From a virus (Duplodnaviria > Heunggongvirae > Uroviricota > Caudoviricetes): a stretch of DNA of 64,000 nucleotides. The DNA is taken from the IMG/VR virus record IMGVR_UViG_3300047546_003009, one strand, 5' to 3'. The translations under genes were made by a program, and so were the position numbers. Under the pieces are notes generated by a model. That model ran no database searches, was not told where the DNA came from, and saw nothing but the letters and a program-made list of their open reading frames with translations. Positions 23,925 to 36,040 of this stretch are shown here, in pieces (position 1 is the first letter of the stretch; every line of letters starts with the position of its first letter).

Positions 23925-24756
23925 AAAATCTCCATAATTAATATCCTGTTTTTCTTACCCTACGCTTGCCATTGCTCTTATTGACTGAAACAGTCTTACC
24001 GTTGCTTTTATATGAATAACTTTCCGTTACTTTTCCTGAACTGTATTGTCTTGTCGTCACCTTACTATTGCTTCCAAGACTCTTTACAGTGGACTTAATC
24101 AGTTTATTAAAAAAGCCCATCTAGCTTCCTCCCATAGAATCCTATCCGTGAATCAAACTCAGCTTCTTCTGGTGAATGTATAAATGTTCCAACACGCTCA
24201 GGTGTGGTGTTCCATTTATCTGAATCCCAAACAACATCTAATCTGTCAAAGTCATGTTCGATAAAATCTGGATTTCTTCGAAGATGAATTTCAATAATTT
24301 TTGAGTCGATGTACTCAACGTTGATGTAACTAATCGCTGGATTAATAAATGTGAATTTAATAAAGTCGGGAAGTGCGAACTGATCTTTAGAATAATCTTT
24401 TATCTTTGTCCAGGTTACAAATTTATATTCATTAACTTTAATGCCTTTAACAACGAGATCACATTCCCAATCGGTTGTGGATATACGTTTAAAATCGACA
24501 CTATAGTGATGACCATCGAAGTATTCACACCAAAAATAACCCGGTGGAGTAGAGAAGTCCCCTACGTTCAAAAACTTTCTTTGAGCTCCTCTACTCATTC
24601 CATCTAGGTTATAAATTGGTCTAACAATATAGAATCCGGTTTCTGGAATTGAAACACCACCTGGTCCACATTTGTAGCCCAGTTGCTGAGCTACCCATAA
24701 TTTGTTAAAAAACAAGTGGTGTTCGGGATATGCTTTCCAGCACTCCTCATCCATCA

Positions 24757-26553
24757 TCAACCCTCGCACGCCAGACACGTATCACCCTCCACGATAGCTT
24801 TCATATCAAGTTCTTCGATTACTTTACGTTCAATTCGCTTTGATACTTTATCTGCTTTACCAATCTTTTCTGAACGGCAGTAATAAAGCGTTTTCAATCC
24901 CATCTTCCATGCCATAAAGTGACATGCGTGAAGATATTTTACACTAACATTAGGTCTGAAGAAAAGGTTAACGGATTGTGACTGGTCAATGTAATTTTGT
25001 CTGTCAGCTGCGTGCTCCACAACCCATCGCTGGTCAATTTCCATTGAAGTTTTAAATACGTCTTTTTGCCAATCGTCAAGTATGTTAAGGTGCTGCACTG
25101 AGCCATCATTGGCAATGATTGAGGACCAGATTTCGTTATAGTCGAGCTTTGCATCTGCATCACACTTCTCCTTTATAATCTTATCCAAAAATCTATTCTT
25201 GTTAAGGTGGGCGCCAGACAACGTATCCTGACGATAAGCATTGGCTCTATATGGTTCTATAGAAGGTGATGTATTCCCCATAATAATAGAGCTAGAAGCA
25301 TTAGGAGCAACAGCCATGAGATGACTGAAGCGGAGTCCTGTGCCTGCTGCATCCGGTGCTTCTCCTCGCTCGGCTCCAAGCTGCTTGTTAGCTTCATCCA
25401 GATGCTTTCGGATGTGCTTGAACATTTTGATGTTTGTTGCTTTTGCTGATGCACTTTCAAATGGGATTGAATTTGCTTGTAGATACGCGTGGAAGCCAAG
25501 AGCTCCAATACCAATGGACCGCTCAGACAAAGCAGAATACCGAGCACGACTAATAGTATCAGGGGCACTATCAATAAAATATTGAAGCACATTATCAAGC
25601 ATTTCAGCAACGTCGTGCAAAAACTGCTTGTCTTTTTTCCAATCATCGAAGAACTCCAAATTGACAGAACTTAGACAGCAGACGGCTGTTCTATCCTTGT
25701 CGGTTGGCAGAATAATCTCTGAGCATAGATTTGATTGTCGAATCTTCAAGCCCTTCTTCTTTTGGAACTCGGGCATCAGTCTGTTACTTGTATCGACAAA
25801 ATGTATATAGGGTTCACCTGTATGCATTCTTGTCTCAAGAATTTTCTGCCAAAGCTCTTTTGCAGAAACAACTTCCCTAACAGTTCCATCGTGTGGATCT
25901 TTTAGTTCCCATTTGTCATCATAGTTTGGGTCTTTCATCGAGTTCTCTACGATCTCCATAAAATCATCGGTAATGTTGATACCGTGATGGAGGTTGAGAG
26001 CTCGCATGTTTTGGTCACCTGTTGGCTTTCTCATCTCAATGAACATTAATACATCAGGATGACTGATATCAAGATAAGCAGCATAACTACCGCGACGAGT
26101 ACGACCTTGACGATAAGCCAGACAGCTCGCATCATAAGTTTTAAGATGGGCCATAACACCCGTAGACTTATCATCAGCAGAACGAATACCAACACCAATT
26201 CCAACGCCACCTCCTAACATGGAAAGCCAATTAACTTCAGATAGCGTATTAACCAGGCCAGCTGATGAATCATGAAGATATGGAAGAAAACAAGAAATGG
26301 GAAGACCACGCTGAGACCTTCCAAATGAAAGGATTGGTGTGGAGTATGACAACCAATGCTTGGATGCATATTCGTACAGACGCTGAGCATGCTGATCATT
26401 TGAAGAAAACTGCTTTGATACAAAAGCAAACCGTTCTTGAGGAGATTGCTCTTCATCTTTCATATATGATTCTCTTAAACGCTTAATACCAAGCTCATCA
26501 AACAGCTTGTCCCTCTCTAGGTCAATTTCAACCCCAAAAACAGTTTTCTTCAT
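24757..26553 (-). CDS. nrdA: ribonucleotide reductase class I large (alpha) subunit
   Basis: Active-site NLCSEIILPT, a C-terminal redox-cysteine pair (CLACEG) and an RNR alpha fold-length core. There is no obvious long ATP-cone. Confidence 0.9.
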   Translation of the reverse strand: MKKTVFGVEIDLERDKLFDELGIKRLRESYMKDEEQSPQERFAFVSKQFSSNDQHAQRLYEYASKHWLSYSTPILSFGRSQRGLPISCFLPYLHDSSAGLVNTLSEVNWLSMLGGGVGIGVGIRSADDKSTGVMAHLKTYDASCLAYRQGRTRRGSYAAYLDISHPDVLMFIEMRKPTGDQNMRALNLHHGINITDDFMEIVENSMKDPNYDDKWELKDPHDGTVREVVSAKELWQKILETRMHTGEPYIHFVDTSNRLMPEFQKKKGLKIRQSNLCSEIILPTDKDRTAVCCLSSVNLEFFDDWKKDKQFLHDVAEMLDNVLQYFIDSAPDTISRARYSALSERSIGIGALGFHAYLQANSIPFESASAKATNIKMFKHIRKHLDEANKQLGAERGEAPDAAGTGLRFSHLMAVAPNASSSIIMGNTSPSIEPYRANAYRQDTLSGAHLNKNRFLDKIIKEKCDADAKLDYNEIWSSIIANDGSVQHLNILDDWQKDVFKTSMEIDQRWVVEHAADRQNYIDQSQSVNLFFRPNVSVKYLHACHFMAWKMGLKTLYYCRSEKIGKADKVSKRIERKVIEELDMKAIVEGDTCLACEG

Positions 26554-26565
26554 TCTTATTCCTTT

Positions 26566-27252
26566 TTATTGTTGTACGAAATCCATAATCATTGGAAACA
26601 CTGTGCTAATCTGTTCTGCACACTGTCTGGCAATGATTCGATGCTCTTTTTGTGTTTCAACCCCACTCCTAAGTTCAATGTAATGGATCCATGACCGGAG
26701 CGATCCATTCATGTACATTCTCGATACTGTTAATCCTTCAGGCAAGACGGCACGTGCTTGTTCTTTTGCAATATCATTTTGTATCGCCCATTGATATAGA
26801 TTGTTTATTTGTGCTGTAAGCACCTTTTGACGCAGCAACCACTCGTCCGCTACCGCAAGATGATGATCTCCATCCATCGGTGTGATCTCATGGCTGTTTT
26901 GACGGTTCGTAGGGTCCTGTAAACGCGCTGTACGCGTAGTGAACGATAGATCCTTTGTGGGGTCAGCATATCGCTGTGAAAACTCCTGAAAACTAAAACT
27001 ACGGTGTCTTAGGATCTGTCTTGCAATGTCTCTTGTTGTAGTTATCTCGAGGCAAACACTTGCCATCTCAAAAGGAGACCAATGCTTGTGCTTGATAAGA
27101 TATTTGATCAATCGTTCGTTTGTTTCTGTGTTGTGCTGGTTTGAGGGATTGGAAACGCGAGCACAATAACACACTAGATCTTGTAATGTTGATCTCGATG
27201 CGTTGACAGAATTTGAATAACTAATTAATTTTACACTCAACATTTTCTCCAC
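26566..27252 (-). CDS. thyX: flavin-dependent thymidylate synthase ThyX
   Basis: RHRSFSFQEFSQRY ThyX signature. Confidence 0.85.
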   Translation of the reverse strand: MEKMLSVKLISYSNSVNASRSTLQDLVCYCARVSNPSNQHNTETNERLIKYLIKHKHWSPFEMASVCLEITTTRDIARQILRHRSFSFQEFSQRYADPTKDLSFTTRTARLQDPTNRQNSHEITPMDGDHHLAVADEWLLRQKVLTAQINNLYQWAIQNDIAKEQARAVLPEGLTVSRMYMNGSLRSWIHYIELRSGVETQKEHRIIARQCAEQISTVFPMIMDFVQQ

Positions 27253-28265
27253 ATTGAAAATTGCAGTTTTGCTTCAAGACCACTAAACACGTTATTGTCA
27301 ATAATCAGCTTAATATCAACTGGTTTCATCCCAGCCATCACCATATCATTAACATCTTTATACTGTATATGGCTGGGCCAAATTAACACTCTGTAACCCA
27401 ACTCAATCATCTTTTCTATTCGTCCACAGATCTCTTTATTCCTTGGTTCATTATCATAACAAAAGATAACATTCTCTTTGTTTATGTTAATGGCAGCAAG
27501 AGCACGGAGGCAATCAGAGCCTGCCATTGCTAACGAATTTGGAATAAACATCGAATCGATAGGACCTTCGAAAATGTATGTAGTCTTTTCAATATTCGTA
27601 TGATCAAGACCATACACCTTTGGCTTCGATTCGTCAACGATGATCGTTATATATCTCACCCCAGACTTCGAGAAATTTCTTCCCTGTAATCCCACAAAGT
27701 TACCGTAACTATCTAACAAAGGGATTACAAGTCTTGGTTCATCTGGTTGATCTAAGTTGAATTTTTCAGGAATGAACGTGTTAACCCAGTGCTTAAACTT
27801 TGGTGCATAGAAAAGCTTGTGATGGAACGTTGTAGGTATCTTACGTTTGTCAATATACTTTTTGACAGGATGATCTGGACGAAGTTGTGAAACCTTCTTA
27901 AGATCTTTGAGAGGGCTGTATTTAAGGAATACAGGCTTAGCAGTTGATGTTATATCTGGAACCTTCTCCACGAGCTTAACCTGTGGAGGTTGGTTCTTGT
28001 CAATAAACTTCTCGGTTTTATACTGAGAGGCTAAGTCAGGATTGCAAAGCTCAATTAGTTTGAATAACGTTGTTGAAATATTACAGTTGTGACATTTGAA
28101 ATAGACGCGACGCTTGGTCTCGAGGATGTAACCTCGAGCCTTGCGTTTGTCTTTTTTCGAATCACCACAGAAAGGGCACCTGCAATTATAAACATCGTTC
28201 TTTTTCTTAAACCCAGTAAGGTGGTTAGAAATAAGTCCGATATACTTAAAATCAATATGATCCAA
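27237..28265 (-). CDS. 61: DNA primase (T4 gp61-like, zinc ribbon plus TOPRIM)
   Basis: CRCPFCGDSKKDKRKARGY...KCHNCN zinc ribbon, then EPRLVIPL and EGPIDSMF (TOPRIM), and a C-terminal VNDMV. The order matches T4 gp61. Confidence 0.85.
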   Translation of the reverse strand: MDHIDFKYIGLISNHLTGFKKKNDVYNCRCPFCGDSKKDKRKARGYILETKRRVYFKCHNCNISTTLFKLIELCNPDLASQYKTEKFIDKNQPPQVKLVEKVPDITSTAKPVFLKYSPLKDLKKVSQLRPDHPVKKYIDKRKIPTTFHHKLFYAPKFKHWVNTFIPEKFNLDQPDEPRLVIPLLDSYGNFVGLQGRNFSKSGVRYITIIVDESKPKVYGLDHTNIEKTTYIFEGPIDSMFIPNSLAMAGSDCLRALAAININKENVIFCYDNEPRNKEICGRIEKMIELGYRVLIWPSHIQYKDVNDMVMAGMKPVDIKLIIDNNVFSGLEAKLQFSMWRKC

Positions 28266-29647
28266 TTTAATACCTCACTCACACACGACATAGCGATTAT
28301 ACCAACATCGCTTTAGTAAGTCAACTAAAACAACTTATCAATTCGTACGTGAGCGAGGATATATCCTACAACAATGGCGCCACCAAAAATCATCCAGCGC
28401 CATTTTTCAAGAACAGTTATTCTACTCGAGACACTATCAAACTTATTGCATAGAGCTTCATGCTGCTCTTTCTGCTCTTCACGCATTTCCTCAATTTTCA
28501 TTCCAATGTTTTTTACTTCATTTTCCAACACAGCAATTCTCGAAGTTGTGTCAAATGTTTCCATTTACTTCTTAGCAGGAGGAACCTGTGTGCCTTCAAG
28601 TTTCTTATGGATCTTAACATCTTTACAAACTTGTTTTGACTTGCCGTCTTTTTGTTTCTGATCAACACACACTTTTTTCGTCTCTGGAGCTTTGTCGGCT
28701 GCAAATGAAACGGTAGCGAAAGCAAAGAGGAAAGCAAATAGAATTTTATTCATGGTGTTCTCCATTAAATTTCTGGTTGTGGTGGTTGTACAGGAGCTGG
28801 TTTTCCACCAAAACCTGTTGTAACTTGTGGTGCTACTTCAGCGACAGCTTGTGTCGGTGTGATATTTATCGATCCGTAACTCTGTGTGTTTGTAAACACA
28901 GGAGTTGGAGCAGCTGGTCTGACAGGTGTTGGTGGTTGTGATACTGGTGAAGGTGATGGGGCTTTTGTTGCAGCTTCTATTGCCTTCATCCTTGCATCTT
29001 TGTCGTCGCCGGCAAGCATAATACCTGAAAGTGTACCTGTTAGAAATGTTGCAACAGGAATAATCAACTCAAAAAACTTGTTGTCAACAGGACTCATACC
29101 ATTCATTGGTTGTGTAACAAAGATAAGGCTGTACAAAACAACAAACACAATACCAAAAAGTGTTAGACCTAAAATAATACCAATAAAGAATTTAAGTCGT
29201 GCATTTAACTCTTCGGAAGTATATTTTTCATCACTAAAAAATGCTTTAATCATTTACACGCTCCTTTATTTTCTTTTACCTGCTGTGGTGCTACTGTTTG
29301 AGGTTTCTGACCGTCTTTTAAGTAATGAGCCAAGTCTTCAGGACAAGTACCATTTGCACTGCAGTATGGTTTTTTACATTGTTCATCGTTCCAGTTTTTT
29401 GGATCCTGGCAAGGATATCTATAATGTTCCTCGCATCCAGCAAGAAACAAAACAAAAGCAAGAAGAGTTAATATTTTCATTATCATCCCTTTATAAGATA
29501 GACAATAGATGCAAGAATCATTCCCACAACTATGATTGTTTTCCAACTAATGTCATCAATTTTCATCTTAAACCAAGGGCTTGATACTTCTACTCGCTCA
29601 CGTTCATCATCAACTGGACATTGTTGATTGTTATCAATATGTTTCAC

Positions 29648-30286
29648 TTACGCACCAAATACATGAAGTGCATGGTTGTAGTGCTTGATACGATCATCCA
29701 GACCTATCGTACCACCATTGATTCTTTTTGTCAGAGTTAGAATATCACCCTTGTCTGCCCACTGATTAAGATTGTTAGTTTCCCAGAACCAACATGCAGA
29801 CTGAGCTGCTCCCTCAAACGTCTGAAGATATTCAGCTGCTTCTTCAACTGAGATTTGAAGCGAGGCTGCAAACCATGTGTAGTTTTCTTTACCTGTTAGC
29901 TGAATCAAACCACGACCACAGTAACGATATCCGTCACCGCTTGCTTCATCACCATTACCCATACGATTAGCATAGACCTTGTTTGCAATTGCTTCTTGTT
30001 TGTTTGGGAGGCTTGCGTAGTGATTTGCTGATGCGTCGTCAGGAAAATACTTCGGGAAAATTTTACGAAGCGTTGCTGCTTTGTAATTTAAATTTTCCTT
30101 TAAAGTCCGGAAGTTACCACTCTCGTGTGCACATTGAGCTACGAAGGCAGCAACACGTTGCGGTGTGTTGATATTGTAATCAGGAAGCAGCTGATTTAGA
30201 GCATCGTACCAATAATTGAGATAGGGATTACCTGAAATGCATTGTCCCAGTTTTTCTTTTGTAAACTCAAACGTAAATTCAGCCAT
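29648..30286 (-). CDS. endolysin, glycoside hydrolase family 19 (chitinase/lysozyme-like)
   Basis: AQCAHESG ... CGRGLIQLTGKENY match GH19 catalytic motifs. Confidence 0.7.
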   Translation of the reverse strand: MAEFTFEFTKEKLGQCISGNPYLNYWYDALNQLLPDYNINTPQRVAAFVAQCAHESGNFRTLKENLNYKAATLRKIFPKYFPDDASANHYASLPNKQEAIANKVYANRMGNGDEASGDGYRYCGRGLIQLTGKENYTWFAASLQISVEEAAEYLQTFEGAAQSACWFWETNNLNQWADKGDILTLTKRINGGTIGLDDRIKHYNHALHVFGA

Positions 30287-30498
30287 TACACTCTCCTATG
30301 CTAAAGCTTTAGCAACGTTAATTGCTCCGATGATAATATCTCTATACATTATGTTTTCTTCAAGTTGAGATGTCTGATCTTCTATTGCCTGAACTAAACC
30401 AATATTATTTACCAGTTCTTTGTATTCATCAGGTGATATTTCACCTGTTTGCAATGCTTGTTGAAGGGCCTGTGCCTGTACTGCCATTTCATGTATTG

Positions 30499-30918
30499 TC
30501 ATGGGCGTGGTCTCTTTGCGATGGCTTTTTGAATTGATTCAGCCGATTGGTTGATCGATGTGAGCTTTAACTCACAATATGTCTTGCTGACTGTAATACC
30601 AGAATTATATCTGGTGTGAATTTCAACAACCATTTTGTCCAATAGCTCAACTGGACTAATTGTTTGCTTATTCTTTGGAATGTGTTGGCTGTAATTCTTT
30701 AGCTCTGTTGATGTAACAAAGAGAGCGTCGACGTCAGCACGTGCAAGAAGTGATACACCGCAATTTTCTTTTGCGAGTTGTGATTGTGTGCGAATTTTAT
30801 TTACAAGGGCATACTCATTTGAATCGAAAGGAGCAATTGTGAATCTATCGACAACAGGTTGAATCACAGCACATCCTGAAAAGAATACAAATGATAATAC
30901 TGCTAGAATATTTTTCAT
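30499..30918 (-). CDS. lipoprotein (candidate outer-membrane spanin)
   Basis: Signal peptide with lipobox FFSGC. It overlaps its neighbours and sits in the lysis cassette. Confidence 0.35.
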   Translation of the reverse strand: MKNILAVLSFVFFSGCAVIQPVVDRFTIAPFDSNEYALVNKIRTQSQLAKENCGVSLLARADVDALFVTSTELKNYSQHIPKNKQTISPVELLDKMVVEIHTRYNSGITVSKTYCELKLTSINQSAESIQKAIAKRPRP

Positions 30919-31502
30919 TTTACGCTCTCATATATTTTCTTTTGTTCTTTATACCATTCTTGCCAACCGAGTAACTGCTCTCTCATTTGGTAATAGGTTC
31001 CGTAGTTTTCTGTGACTGTTCTGATGAGCTCGCTTGCTTTAACATTGGAGGTTCCTTCAACAGTTGGTCCGGAACTTGGGGCCACGACATTTTGACTGGC
31101 ACTGTTGTGGAGCACGACAGCAGCATTAGACAAAGTGCACAGGTTGTCATACTTTGTAACAACCTTCTCAATAATCTGCACGTTAGCATTTGTATTCTCC
31201 TTAACCACCTTTATTTTTTCGACCACTTTCGTCTGTATAACTGTATTGACTTCAGCCGACTTTTGTTCGGCTTCTTTAACCTTTGCCTCGTATTCAGCCA
31301 CCTTTGCCCTGTATTGTTTTGTCCCATATAACATACCCTCAAAGAATAGACCTAAACAAACAATTGCCAGTGCTACTGGTACAATAAAAATTTTATAAGC
31401 TCCGGCAAACCGTGCTAACAGATAAACTAACACCCCAAAAACAACGACCCCATGGGCAATCCAAGGGGTCTTATCACCAACTATTATATCAAGTAGAAGC
31501 AT
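30915..31502 (-). CDS. membrane protein with periplasmic coiled coil (candidate inner-membrane spanin or holin)
   Basis: N-terminal hydrophobic helices, then a KVAEYEAKVKEAEQK coiled coil. It is adjacent to the endolysin. Confidence 0.35.
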   Translation of the reverse strand: MLLLDIIVGDKTPWIAHGVVVFGVLVYLLARFAGAYKIFIVPVALAIVCLGLFFEGMLYGTKQYRAKVAEYEAKVKEAEQKSAEVNTVIQTKVVEKIKVVKENTNANVQIIEKVVTKYDNLCTLSNAAVVLHNSASQNVVAPSSGPTVEGTSNVKASELIRTVTENYGTYYQMREQLLGWQEWYKEQKKIYESVK

Positions 31503-33324
31503 TTACACCACCTTTTTACGCCGTATAATGCTGACTATTGATTTCTTTCTTTTAGGTGCTGAAGGATCATCTTTCATTGGTTTACCTAAAGGGGTACTAC
31601 CAGGAAAAGCAATATTACCTGCACCAACATTGTTGGCGGCTACTTCTTCAGTAATTGTTTTCCATTGTCTGACAAGATGTTCAGTTAAAACTTTTTCGTT
31701 TGTGCAGTCAATGTTTTTGTGTTCTTTGAACAGAAAATATGCGGCTGCAATTGAGGCCAACCGAGTTGAACCACCGGGAAGTTTTGCAAGAATCTTTTTG
31801 ATGTTGGCTGTAACAATATCAAAATACCCCCACGCACGTCTTTCATCTGCAGATGTGAGAGTTGATCTTGGTTTCAGCACCTTTCCATTCTTATCGATAA
31901 TTCCGAGTTGATAAGCTGGCCATTTCTCAAATGGAGTCGTGATCCGCTTGAGAAACTGATACACCATGTACATATCAACAAATTGATTTGTGCCACCAAT
32001 TTTTTTGTTTTGTACGGTGTTTATTTGACTTACTGGTAGAGTTGCCATTAGATCTTCCCTAAAACTTCTTCTATCCGTTTATCAGAAGGAATTCCCTCTG
32101 TAAATATTGTTTCGTTTGTAATACCTATATTACAAACCGTTTCTGGAAGTGTACCGAGCAAAACAAGAAACGGTTTTAGCATGTGGTACTGGCCACGAAG
32201 CTTGACAAATAACATTCTTGTTGCTGGCTCAACACCAAACACGTTGTATAAAACAGTTAGGTGATTGAGAATTAGACGTTCTTTCAGATCACCCGTTTCA
32301 ATATATTTATTGAACAATCTTTTAATATATTTAAACCTATTAAGGTCTTCGTAAAACTCGATAGTATCACAACACTGTGTACTATTATAGTGCTTTGCTG
32401 CATATAACAAAATGTTGCTTTCGTCAAGTTTTTCAATCATCAGAATGAGCTTAAAGCAACCCTCTTCAGCGTATTATTAGCGGTTGCAATATAGAGATAA
32501 CTCGAATCGTAGAAGATTGTACCTTGAGCTACAGTAATTGTGCTATTTGCTGGAGTACGGGTGTCGCGAACAATAACAGAATTTGCTGAAAGCACGCTAG
32601 TGTTCGACATTGTCACGTTAGCACTATGTGTAACAGCAAACTTCACATTACCAAGAAGATTGCCTACTGTGATCTTCTTGGTTTCAGGAGACCCCGAAGG
32701 ATCATCTACGATTAATAGAAGATCATCCGAGGTCGCATTAGTAAGAGCTGTAAGCTCTGTTACTTTCTTGGTTGCCATTAGCTATCAGCTGCTACCGTGT
32801 CGTCGTTAGCATCAGAAGCAGCTGTTGACGTCATGCTACGCATTGCAACAAGTGTCTCAACTTGTTTACGACCAGCGCGGCCACCCGAACCAACAACATA
32901 ATTGATCCAACCAGGTGTTTTCAGACCGTTTGCGCGGTTTGCAGACACACGAGCTTCAGTAACGTCAACACCAACAATGTCTTGTTTGTTAGCCAGTGAA
33001 CGACCAACATAAGAGTTGTTGAGATCTTTTGGTGATTGTTGATAGTATAATGTAGCTGCTGCGTTAGTTGTTCCAGCGTATGTTGTTGAAACAGTGATAG
33101 CAGTGCTATTAACAACACTAGCTACTCTATAACGAGTGTTTGTTCCTGGTGCAGTGTTTGCTGTTGAAAGAAACACAACATCACCAACTTTAACAGTGGT
33201 GCCTAACGTTGTTGATGAGTTTGCAACAATGCTTGCGCTACCGTTTGTAAGCACGACAGTGCCAGTAACTGCGCCTTGATCTAATTTACCCCATAGTGCC
33301 ATTTTACTACTCCTTTGTTTTTAG

Positions 33325-33332
33325 TTATTTAT
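33325..33332 (-). promoter_or_regulatory. T4-type late promoter-like box (AATAAATA) with a strong RBS upstream of ORF 32778..33302
   Basis: The minus-strand reads ...gaATAAATAact...AAAGGAGtagtaaaATG. Confidence 0.25.
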
Positions 33333-34616
33333 TCATTAAATCTTGCATGTAAGCAGATGTTTTATTGTTTCTCTTTGGTTTTTGATTGGTTTCACCAGCA
33401 GCAGATTGATTTGTAACCCTAAGTTCTGCAAACGAAGGAGGATTTCTTTTTATCTGCTGTTTCTGCTGTTCAATACCAGCGTCTGTTATTATTGCGTTAC
33501 CAACAAAAAAGCCCATATTATTCCAATCTTTCTGCTCTTGATTTAATATCCTCAACTTCTTTATCAGTGAAGAGAGCTACTTCTTCATTGCGAAGTTTTT
33601 TGAGGATGGCACCAGCAACGCGCTTACCCGCTTCTTCTGAACCATATCTTTTAGCAGCTTTAGCGGCAATTTTACTAAACATCTTGCCTGGCTTACCGAT
33701 GTCTTTACCAGCACGAGCAGCTTTTGCTGAGTATGAAGCCTCATCAACCTGTTCAACTTCTTCTTTCATTGCAGCTTTAATCGCTGAACGACGGTTCTTA
33801 AGATAAGAATCTGACTTATCGACTTTACCATCGTTGTTGACGTCAGCGTCTTCTTTACCGACAGGATCAAGTTTTTTCTTTTTTGCTTCGATCAGCTCAG
33901 CTTCGACTTTTGTAAGAGCAACTACACCAGCACTCATTGATTGCTGGGCTGCCTTAATTACGCTCTCTGGCAGGTTAAAATTTTTATTTGAGTGCATGGT
34001 TTCTCCTAATCCTCATCTATGATTTTTATTTTTCTTTGCATTTTAGCAGCACGTGAAATTGGTAGCTTGCTATTGTCAATATCTTTATCCATTGTAATGT
34101 CGCCAGTTGGATCTTTTGGAAGAGTCTTTTTGGCGTCTTTTACTGGATCAAAACTATTTATTTCTCGTAGGACTTTGTCGAGGTACTTGTGCTTTCCTGC
34201 AGTACCAATCTTGTCAGCAATCAGATTAATTCTATCAACAATGTCTTTTGCTTGACGTTTTTCATCGTCCGATGCACCATTTTGAACCTTGAGCTGCTTG
34301 TACATACCAAACAGTTTGTCGTGCAGTACAACCATCTTTTCAGCTTTGTCAAGATCCGCATCACGTGGAAGCTTGGTAAAGAATTTTTGCGCGTCTGGAC
34401 TCACCTCAAAATGCTTTGTCTTATAAGTTCCAACAGCAATCTGATCGTTAGGATCAATTTCAATAGGGACTTTATGCTGTTGTGCCAAAACAGATTTGGG
34501 AAGATTAAACTGCTCTCTCATTACCTTACGAACAGAGTGCTCGAGGCACGTGTACTCACCTTTTTCTGTCTTCTTCGTCATTACATCACGAACAATGCTT
34601 TCTAACGATCTGAAGT

Positions 34617-35060
34617 TCATTTTGCTTTTACCAGTATAGATTTTAACATCCAGGCATGCTTTTTATGTGCATCATAACGATCTTGAAGGAAGTTGCTCAG
34701 GCCAATCTCGTTATATTGCTCAGCAAGTTTATATGCCGCATTTAAAGTGTTTAGAAGTGTGGTGTTATCAACAATCAACCGAGCAACCATTGTACTGTGG
34801 TCAGGAATTGAAGTCTCATCCTGAATTGCAGATAGCTCTTTAAACCTACCAAACGATCCAGGTGCATAGCTACCAAGAGCTCTAATCTCTTCAGCAATCC
34901 TGTCCACAGCACCGTAAACTTCCTCGTAAAAATTACCAAAAAATTCGTGATATTGAGGAAAATCTGGTCCCTCAACGTTCCAATGATAGTTATGTGCTTT
35001 AAGATAAAGTGCAAAAGTTTCTGCTAAAACCTTCTTCATTTGTTCAACTAATGTATCCAT
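34617..35060 (-). CDS. dps: Dps-family ferritin-like protein
   Basis: YHWNVEGPDFPQYHEFFGNFYEEV is the Dps ferroxidase-site signature. Confidence 0.7.
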   Translation of the reverse strand: MDTLVEQMKKVLAETFALYLKAHNYHWNVEGPDFPQYHEFFGNFYEEVYGAVDRIAEEIRALGSYAPGSFGRFKELSAIQDETSIPDHSTMVARLIVDNTTLLNTLNAAYKLAEQYNEIGLSNFLQDRYDAHKKHAWMLKSILVKAK

Positions 35061-35365
35061 CTATGCCTCCACCTTTGCACCAGCGCGCCATTGACGGCAG
35101 CTCCAGTATCTTGCTTTTGTTCTTGGACCTGGGTTATCACAATTGTGTCGAGCTCTGAAAGCCTTTCTACGTGCTGGGCTGTCTCTTTTGATTGAAAGAT
35201 TTGGGTCACCAAACGTAACTTTCTTTTCATTGCCCGACTCAGGATTTTTAACATATACAGCAAACTTTTTAGGCCCACCGGGTGTCCTAAAAGGCTTGCC
35301 GAGCTGTTTCTCTTCTAAAAATTGTGCAAATGTTTTCATAAAAATCCTTGTTTTTATGTATTTAT

Positions 35366-36040
35366 CTAGGTGTAGGTTTCGCCAGTTTTATCTAGATCGG
35401 CCGACTGGACACCGCTAAAATTACTTATTTTTAGCATCTCAGCAAATAAAACTTGGTTGCGGACAAATACTTTTATTCTTTCGTCAAGCTCGTTGTCTTG
35501 TTTAATTTTATTTTTTGACTGATTTTCATCCGAAACAAACGCTTCTGGTGGCAAAGTAAAACCAAGTTGGGAAACAAAACTACCCATCAAACCTTGTATA
35601 TGCTGCCATCCATCATCTGCACCGCTAACGATTGCCCCAAATGTTTTACCATATAACATACTAACGTTTCGTTTAATGTATTGATCATCAAAATAAGACA
35701 TTCTTTCAAAAAGTGCTTGCACATAAGATGAATAAACGCCCCACCAAATTGGTGTTGCAACAATTAAACCATCGCAGTCTTTTATTTTTTCCAACACGTT
35801 TGTCAGATCATCTGCGTTTCCATATTGATCAACAATATCGACACCTGGTTCAAAATGAAGTTCGTTTGCAACAACAATCTCACAATCACAATTAAATTCT
35901 TCTAGTGCCTGTTGAACCATCAATGCAATAGTGTGTGAATTACTTTTTTCGTAGTCTTTCTTCAACGTAGCGCAATAAATGAGGAACTTGAGTCTTTGCT
36001 CAGGTTCCTCAGCTACAAAATAACCGTTAAACGATTTCAT
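35366..36040 (-). CDS. flavodoxin-like fold NAD(P)H-dependent FMN reductase-like protein
   Basis: LIVATPIWWGVYSSYVQALFERM resembles the FMN_red/flavodoxin-like P-loop region. Confidence 0.4.
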   Translation of the reverse strand: MKSFNGYFVAEEPEQRLKFLIYCATLKKDYEKSNSHTIALMVQQALEEFNCDCEIVVANELHFEPGVDIVDQYGNADDLTNVLEKIKDCDGLIVATPIWWGVYSSYVQALFERMSYFDDQYIKRNVSMLYGKTFGAIVSGADDGWQHIQGLMGSFVSQLGFTLPPEAFVSDENQSKNKIKQDNELDERIKVFVRNQVLFAEMLKISNFSGVQSADLDKTGETYT